The notes under the pieces were generated by a model. It did not search any database. It saw only the letters and a list, made by a program, of their open reading frames with translations, and was not told where the DNA came from. The position numbers and the translations under genes were made by a program. A DNA stretch of 46,349 nucleotides from Rhizaria sp. SCN 62-66 (Eukaryota), in contig MEDY01000361.1 of the NCBI GenBank assembly GCA_001724265.1, positions 1-46,349 of the forward strand. The letters run 5' to 3'. Shown one piece after another: positions 26,101-34,700 of the stretch (positions are counted from its first letter, which is position 1; every line of letters begins with the position of its first letter).

Positions 26101-28325
26101 CAGAGCCGCCGTTCTCGCAGCTGCAGCCCGCGCTGCTGGCGCTGCCGCATGCTGCGCCCGTGGCGGCGCCCTGGACGCGGCACTACGACCTGCAGGCGTG
26201 GCTGTACAGGCTGCTGATGCAACTCGCCGTTTCCGACCAGCAGGGCGAGCTGCACGACGACATGACGTGGGCGCGCACTCACGTCGCCGCAAACGCTGCC
26301 ACTGGCACCCCCAGCCGCAACAACAGCAGCAGCAGCAGCAGTGGCGCTGGTGGTGGCGGCGGCAGCGCAAAGGGCGCTTAGATCCGGGCGTTAAGGACCG
26401 ATGTTGGCCAATCGCCGTTTCGGCTTCACTTAATCACCGGCAGCACGAGCAGCAACAGCAATTGCATTAGCAAGAGCAGTAGCAGCAGTGTTAATGGCGG
26501 ACCTGGTCCTAGTGGCGGTGGTGCGAACGGCGAGTCAACCCTGAAGCGACAGCCGCTGCCGGCTGTGTACGTGGGCAGTTTCGACGAAGCGTACCGGCTG
26601 CGCGCTCTAAGGGGGTACTTAGACGTCGAGAAAGACTTACGACGCCAATTTTAGCAAAGCTCCGACTTCGGGATGGCTGAGTCTGATGTAGGTAAGAGCG
26701 AGACTGAAACAGCGAATGTAAGTAGCTCCGCGTTGTGTGTAAGTGCGTTCACAGGAGTTGCTGGCGCGGTCAGCGTAAGTCCTGAGTGCGATGTAAGTGA
26801 GCGTTTGTGCGATATTATTCTCCACTACTCGACATTTCACTTTAAACAGCCGCCAAACAGCGCTTGCACCGACTCAAACATAACTGTGAACAGCAACAGC
26901 AGCAGCATCAGAAGCAACAGCAGCAATTTTGCGAGCGATAACACGACACAAGGTGATACTTTTTGCAGTCGCCTTAAGTACTTGGACTCAACGGCGTTGC
27001 CTAACCACGCCGATTTCAAGTACTTAAAGAAGCTCACCCGCGAGCTCGCTTACCGCAGCCCAGGACTATCAAGGATGAGCGAGTACGCGCTTTCCGTCGA
27101 GGGTTACGAGCATTTGCAGCCGATCCCGACGCCGAGCTCCACTGCCGCCGCATACTCCGGGTTTTCAGACGCAAGCTCTCTCTCTAGCTCTCTCTTGTCT
27201 GGTTCAGCACGTGGCGGCTTCGCTGCTGCTTCTGTCCCTTTCCCCCCTGCCGAGCCCACCGTTGGCGCCAACGCCACCGTCGCCGACACCGTCTTCCCCT
27301 CCACTAGCCGGGCCTTTGGCTCCCCGGCGCAGGCCCCGCCGCCGACGCGTCTCGCGGCGGCCGCGGCCCTGCTCGTTATGCTCTCGCGCGCGCTTGCGGG
27401 GCCGCCGCCGGGGGTGACCATGTGCTGGACCCCCGGGCGGCCGCTCACGTTCTCAGCGGTTAAGGGCGGGGCGGCAAGCAAGAGCAAGAGTGCAAGTGCC
27501 AGGTTTTTCGCGAATGTGACCAAGAGTGCGAGCTCGTCCAGTGCCAGTGCTCACCTGAGCGCTCCTGCTCTCAACGCGAGTGCGAGTCTCTCTCTGGCGA
27601 GCATGACTGGGGCAACCCCTGCCCCATCTGCTGCGGTCAAAGACGAGGCTGAGTGCGTCGGCGGGGACGATCTGACGCACGCGACCGCGTTGCTGCTCAA
27701 GTACTGCGCGTTTGACGCGCTCACAAACACTGCGCTCGGGCTCAACTTTCCAAACTTACTCGCGAAGGCACTTAAATCGACAACCGCAGGAACATCTTCG
27801 AAGTCAAGGCCGAATAGTAACGCGAAGGCAGTCATTCCAAGCTCTGGCCAGCAGATGGCTGTTGCTAATGTCTATGAGTTCAACAGTCAGAGCAACAATG
27901 CCGCAAGCAACGTCCGCAGTAAGGGCAACTCTAGTAAGAATAGTAGGAGTTCTTTGAAAGCGATCAATAGTGATACTGCCCACGCCAGTGCTAACATTGC
28001 GAGGTTTTTCACCACAGTCAGGCGTGATACGCAGCCACTAACACAAGAAGCAAAAAAAACTGTGCCAATGCTAGCTGACGCAATATCCGCTTCTGATAGC
28101 GTCGCTGCTGCTACTGGCTTGGACGACAAGAAAGCGATTCTCGACTTTTCGTTGACCCTGTCACAGTAGCAGTCACTATCCTTGGCCCAGCCACCGCTAA
28201 AGTCGCAGCATTCTGGACTCTCACTCTCCCAGTCGCTGTCCCAGTCGCTGTCCCAGTCGCTGTCCCAGTCGCGTTCGTCGCAGGGCCGGGGCCGGCGGCA
28301 ACAAAAGAAGGACCAGCAACAACAG

Positions 28326-28357
<32 letters not shown>

Positions 28358-30797
28358 GCAGTAGCAACAGCAGCTAAAGGAGAGCCAGGAGCAGCAGCAA
28401 TGCAGTCGGCTCACGCGGCGTAAGTCTGCTGCTCTTGCATCTGCCGCTCACGATGCTGCGGCTGCGGCCGACGAGGCTCATGGTCACTCTGCTCACGGTC
28501 TTGGCCGCAGCCCAAGTCACACGCAAACTCAACAAGGAAGTTATAGTCCTAATAACGCGAGGCAGTCCCACGCGGACGCGAGGGTGACTGGCTCTCAGTG
28601 CAGCTCTGGAGCCATTAAAAAGACATTTAGTCTCGTTGATTTGGGCGATGACTCTGGCTCTGGCTATGACGACAGCAAGAACACTGACGAGAACAACATT
28701 GTCACAAATCCGGATGTCAAGCTGTCGCAGTCCCAGCCACATACGCAACCGCAGACATTCGCACAGCTGCAGCGTTTATTCCAGTCGCAAGCACGGTCAT
28801 CCTTGCAGTCCGAGAACGAGCATCAGCCCAACGCTGACGCTCTGACTGATGTCGATAACGACGACACGTTTGCGTCACAGCCGCCTCCTTTACAGCCGCT
28901 CACACAACACCAACAGCAGCGTCAGGAGCAAGCGCTAGACCAAGACCAGGAGCGAAACGAAGAGGAGTCGAAGCTGCATCAGCGTCGAACACAGCAACGG
29001 CTTCAAAAGCAGCTGCAGCTGACTCTGGCGCAGCAGTAGTCGCAACTGCTCTCGCAGTCCCAGTCGCTCCCGCAGTCCCGGCCGCAGTCGCAGTCTATGT
29101 TGCGATCACTGCTGCAGTCGCAGTCTCAGCTGCGGTTGCACTCGCAGTCGCCGTCGCAGTCTCAGCTGCAGTCTCAGTTGCAGTCGCAGGGGGCAGGGTT
29201 GGTGACGCCTCGAGTGAAGCGCCGTCGGCCCGCGGTGCCTCCCGGCAGACGCATCAATGCTCGCAACGCTGCGACGCGTCGCGGCCGCGGCAGTGTTTAC
29301 CGTGACGATGACGTCGACGACGACGACGACAGCGATGATGACGGCGCAGACACTCAGCTTAGTCAAACGCCGGTCACCGGGCGTAAGAACAGCAAGAGTT
29401 CGAAGGCGAAGCGAAAGACCACAGAAAAGGCGACGGCACCATCTTCACCAGCTGGAACATCAGCGCCAGTTGTTGCAACTCCTGCTTCCCAAACTGCCGC
29501 TGCTGATGCCGCTGCTGGTGCTGAAGCAGCGAATGCCAACGTCGGTGCGAGCGAGACGCCGCCAGCCACTAAACGGCGCCAGACGAAAGTCAAGCCGCCT
29601 ACGCCGAACCACGGCGCGTTGCTGAAGTTTCTCACGCATACGCCGTCGCACACGGCAGTCGCAGCGTTTGCAGCAACTCCGCACGCAAGGGAAGACATGA
29701 GCGACTGCGACAGCGGCAGCCAGAGCACTCACTGTGCTGCTGTGACCCCGAGCGCTGCACGTGTCGCCGCGACTGCGAGTTAGCGTGTTCCTCGTGGCGG
29801 TGCTGCTGCGAACGACTCCGGCGCGCGCTATAGCAATCACTCGAACTCGTACACGTGTAGTCAGAGCTCACAGCTGCAGTCCCAGTCCCAGCAAGGACCT
29901 ATCTTCAAACTCAGCCGCCAAAATGCTCTGACGAACATGACGCATTCGGCTAATCCGACGTCTAAGAAGCTCAACAGCAGCAGCGACAAGAGCGATAACA
30001 TTCGGAGCTTTGAAGATGACGGTGATTTTGACAATGACTACGACGACTACGACGGGAACACAGTCACTCACAACAACGCTTCTGCGAGCTCTGGTCAAAA
30101 TGACAGCAGCAGTAACAACAATAACAAGGGCATTAACTCCCAATCCCAGTTGCAATCACAGTCACAGGTGCGCTCACAGCCACAATCCCAGTTTGAACAA
30201 TCGCAAGCAGTATTCCACCAAGCGTCATCGCTCGACCTAGGCTTGTTCTATAACTTTGCCAACGACACCAAAGACTCGCACTCTCTGGGAGTCGTCGCCT
30301 CACGCTCCAGCTCGCTTCCCGCTGCGGCTTTAGACGTCAGCTCTCGCCCCGGCACAGAATCTAGGTCTGTCTCCAACTCTATTGCAGCTGCACCGTCGTC
30401 GAATCACGGCCAGCATCAGCAACAACTGCAGCAAAAGTTGCAATCCCAGGAGCAGCAACATCAATAGCAGAGCTTTGGCGGCGGCCGTATTTTGCGGCGA
30501 ACTGTGGCGTTTTGCATTTCAGACAGCCAGGAACAGCAGCAGCATCAACAGGGGCACATCCAGGAAAATCGCGATCACGTCATCGTTCCGTGCGATGCTT
30601 CAACTGTCTTGCGCGTGTCGAGTGGCCCCAGGAGTAGCACTGTCCCCCGCGTGAGTCCGGGCACAAACGCAGCCGCGGATACTCATAGCAGTGTTGCGAC
30701 AAGTTCGAGCGTACCGCATATTACGAGTGATGCCTTAAGTCGATGCCAGTCGATGGCTTTATTCCCTTTCACCCCGAGAGACAACACGAAGCAGTGA
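23118..30797 (+). CDS. ~2559-aa Ser-Gln (SQ/TQ)-rich low-complexity protein of unknown function with 9 in-frame TAG codons read as sense
   Basis: ORFs 23106..23459, 23631..25226, 25272..26381, 26673..28169, 28182..28364, 28584..29039, 29097..29783, 29937..30467 and 30492..30797 all lie in one frame. They are separated only by TAG at 23457, 25224, 26379, 26652, 28167, 28362, 29037, 29781 and 30465. ATG at 23118 (MADSPGG); final TGA at 30795-30797 is followed by AT-rich DNA. Confidence 0.8.
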
Positions 30798-31789
30798 TGT
30801 GAGATAAGTCGAGATTTTTTGTGTAACTTACGTTTCCTAGTCCATCGATTTGCACAGAATCGTTTCTTTTACATAATTTCAACAATACAGTTTGCTGTAC
30901 TCTTTCATATCGGAGACGCAGTTCAAGTTGTTAAGCGAAGTGAGGTGAGTGGGTGACAACAATGGATGTTAGTCAATGTATTCGAGTGATATCCATACTC
31001 ATATGATCAGTATGGTATCTAAAAAGTAATAGCCATCGGGTGTCCTTTGTGTGAATAAAGGGGCACTCAGCGCGACGCCTGGAGCAATAGTCCCAGGAGG
31101 AGACCACACTCACAAACGCACCACGCGTATGCTCGCACATTGAAACACACAGCATCCACAAAAATATGAGCAGGTACTGTCACACCTGTAAGATCCACAA
31201 ATAGTACATGATACGAATGGTTGAAGTAATGTTACATCAGAAAAAAATCAGTGGAGATGATGAAAAGAATATACTGCAACAGGTTTCAATTCGTGTTCTT
31301 AACATAAAACAAAAAGGCAGTTTCAGAAAAAGACGCATAACAAGTGTAGCTTAGGTTACACGTCGTGAACGTATACAGGGTCGAATAAAGGAAAATCAAG
31401 TCTAGCATAGTCAATAAGAAAATAGTTTCAAAGCACAGATATTGTTACAAGTACACAGCAACACACCAGTTGCTTATACCGTGGAGCAAAGTAAGAATTG
31501 GAAACTCAACAGCATTAACGACAGACCCACATAGGATCGAAGAGCGTGCTTGCGTGTCATTTAGATGTCATGATTTGAGTTCAGGGTTTTGAAAAAGTTG
31601 CGATAACAACTATTACGCCAAGTATTGTCATAATAATTGAATGATAATAGCCTCTTTCGTGTACTTGTCAGGTCATACTGACTCGTTAAAGAGAAATCAT
31701 TGTGCAAGTGCACCCAGTCTCAATCCTGCGATTGTGATTGATAACTTGCTGGTCTTAGTTTTCCATTACTTCGATTTCGGTCGTTTCAC

Positions 31790-34700
31790 TTACGCAAAGA
31801 GCACAGCAAGCATCATGAGCACAGCCGCGAACAAGACCGACACCGTTGCCGTGGCCGCCGAGTTGTCGGGGCCAGAGGCGCAGAGGTTTTTAGTGCAGAT
31901 ATTGGTGGTGCAGTGGCTGTCCTTATTGCACTTCTGACCGGGCTTGCAGGCGGCGCACGTGGACTCCTCGGTGTTGCCGCAGTCGACATCAGTCTCGCCG
32001 TTGTCCAGAACGCCGTCCTCGCAAAGCGCGGAAATGGTGGAAGAGCCGGACGAGGAGACGGACTCAAGCGAGTAGCGCTTCGACGACAGAACGTTCTATG
32101 ATAGAGGATAGAAATGAGCCGAGCATTTGCGTGGACATACACACAGTGCGCGAGGGATAAACATAAACACAGGATAAGTTTCAATAAATGAGCACGTTAA
32201 AATAAAGTGAAAAGTGAATTGGATAAATTAGCAAGATTAATACTCTTTCTTGCAGCTACAGAAAATACTAGTGGAAGCTGGTGCACAAGCGTACCTGGTA
32301 GTTGTCACTCTCGAGACTCTTTGCCAGGGCCTCAGCGTCAGACGAGGACACGTCCTCGTTGGCGGCGATACCAGTGGCAGTGACCTCGACGTAGACGTCT
32401 GACTCAGACTCGCGCACGTTGGAGCGGGCCATCGTGTTGACAACACCAGCATTCTTGGGGGCATCACCATCGTGGTAGATCAACTAAAAAATGAGTCAAG
32501 AAAAGGTATTGAGACACACGTGAGATACATCACGAAAGTTAAAACACTAATGCAAGGATAAAGAGTTGCTCTACAAATTGTTGACTAAGATTCACAAAAC
32601 GATAGAAAAGAGTGGGTCCTCCGCGTAAAACTGTAGAAAATTGTTGAATATTAATATACTTACCTGGCGAACAATCTTGAAGCCGGTGAAGTTCGCGCTG
32701 CCCTTGGTGGTCAGGTGACCGACGAGCTTGTCGAGCATCTTGGAGCCTAAGTGCTCCTCCTTGGACGCGCCGGACGAGGCGAGCAGGTCCTTGAAGGTGA
32801 TGAGGAACAGGTGGCCGGCGCGCTCCACGGGCGGGTTGGGCAGCGGGTTGTTGTCCAGGTACACGGGGCCGCACTGCGCGAGCTTGGGGTTGCCGGCAAC
32901 CGAGAGCACGAGCGACATGCCATTGAGCGCGTTGACCGACGCGAGGGTGTTGGCGGGGACCACGGCGGCCTCCTGCAGGACGGTGACGCCGCTCCCGACC
33001 TTTTTGCCGTCAGCAATGCCGACAAGCTTGAACAGGTCGCCGTTGCTCGCGGCGCGGGGGCCGGCGATGGCGACATTGCACGTGTCGCCGAGGCTGTTGG
33101 CCGCGACGGAGTACTTGTGGAAGCCGAACGAGACGGTCTCATCAGTGTTAATGTTGTTGACGACACTGACGTTGTAGATGATGTTGGGGCGGTACGGAGC
33201 GACGTTGGCGTCGGTGAGGAACACGGTGAGGGCCTGCTCGGAGTACGTCGGCGCCGTGATGGTGACCATGCGCGACACAGTCGTGTCGGTGGACTCGCCG
33301 TCGTAGCCAGGCCGGATCGTGCCGCAGCCGAAGAAGCCGGTGGTGGGGGCCAGGTTGTGGATGGCAATGGAACGAGCAACAATGTTGATCTCCTCAGGCT
33401 TGAGGGAGATCTTGCTGTCGACGTAGTGGACGGCAATGAAGCCCTTAGTCATGTCCGTGGACTGGCTGAGCACCTGCTTGAGGTTGCCGAGACGGGACGC
33501 AAGGTCGCCGAACTCGTTCACACCGGCGCCAACCACGAAAGTGGGGTTGTAGTGGCTACCGATGGCGCTGCAGACGGCGAGAGGAGGGGTCGCGGCACTC
33601 GTAGCTGCGCCAACCGAGTGCACGTGCCAGGCGAGGCCAGTGGAGTCGGCGGCGCCAAGCAGGGTGAGGTTGCCGCTGATGCCGAGGAACACGTTGACAT
33701 CGCTGGAGCTGGTGCGCTGGTCGAACTGGAGGTCGATGGTGATCTTGCCGTTGATGTCGGCGCTGGTCACGTATACACGCGAGCGCGCCGAGAGCAGGTT
33801 GGCCTTGGGAAGGACGTCGACCGCCGCGGCGCCGGAGGGCTGGATGGTCTTGCACTGGGTCGTGTGCTGGGGGCTGACGGTCGAGGGGCGGAAGTAAGCG
33901 GTGCGGCCGTAGAGCGCCTTGACATCGTAGTCGAGCGAGGTGGAGGCCGTCGACACGGACGCGGACTGGGTTGCGAACACGGACTGCTGGCCGGAGACGC
34001 CGTCGAAGGGGTTGAACACGTCTACCGGAGTCGTGGCCGTGCACTCGCCGTCGCCGGTGTTGTAGCGCAGGAACGACACGGTCCCCGCGGTGCCGTCGGA
34101 GCCGGTGTACAGGGAGCGGCCGACGAACGTGCGTGGGCGACGGGAGACAAGGGAGACGTAGCTGGAGAGCACGATGCTGCCGGTGACGTCGGCGGACTGG
34201 TAGCTCAGCACGGCGCGGTCGTTCATGGTGCCGATGGGGGCGCAGGTAAGCACGACCTTCTTGCCGTACTGGACGATGTACAGCACAAACGTCTTGCCGA
34301 CGACGGAGCTCTCGCCCGAGAGCTCAATCTTGGAATCGACGAACGAACGGAAGCGCGATTGCTGTAGTTGACAATACATGTAAATAATTGACATAGGGGA
34401 ATATACGAAAATGAAAAAAATTAATGAAAAACATACACGGTCAATGACTCGATTTTGAAGACTCATTTCGTCCTTATTTGTTGTCATATATGTCTTAGGA
34501 GACAATATCACCCAATGAAATTATAATGAAGATTATCGATGAGATTTAAAGTCGCATCTAAATTTACGTACCTCGGCGTTCTTCTCGTACAGGCCGTGGC
34601 GGGCGTAGAAATTACCGACGATGTCAGCGTCCTTAGAAGCCTGAGTGGGGTTAAACAGCGTCAGATCGGTGTCGAAGTTGCACGACTTGTCCGCGGGGAT

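Noticed and set aside
16464-28272. Short tandem repeats (GCCCGC)n at about 16464..16509, (GGTCCC)n at about 20721..20759, (TCCCAGTCGCTG)n at about 28227..28272 as CRISPR or mobile elements
   Set aside because: In-frame coding repeats (GA, DR, SQSL) with no spacers, terminal repeats or transposase.
20881-30467. TAGs as 3' splice acceptors or parts of small introns
   Set aside because: Introns in this window are AT-rich and 179-210 nt with pyrimidine tracts. The TAG surroundings are GC-rich coding-like sequence in an open frame.
20881-30467. UAG as pyrrolysine or leucine
   Set aside because: Pyrrolysine is not known in eukaryotes, and the contexts (inside CAG/CAA runs and SQ repeats) favour Gln. 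Leu cannot be strictly excluded without conserved-site alignments.
23118-30797. Pseudogene decayed by C-to-T mutation, or nine separate small genes
   Set aside because: Random decay should also give TAA (from CAA), TGA (from CGA/TGG) and indels; none occur in 7.7 kb. The fragments share one frame with no AT-rich spacers. Not formally excluded without expression data.
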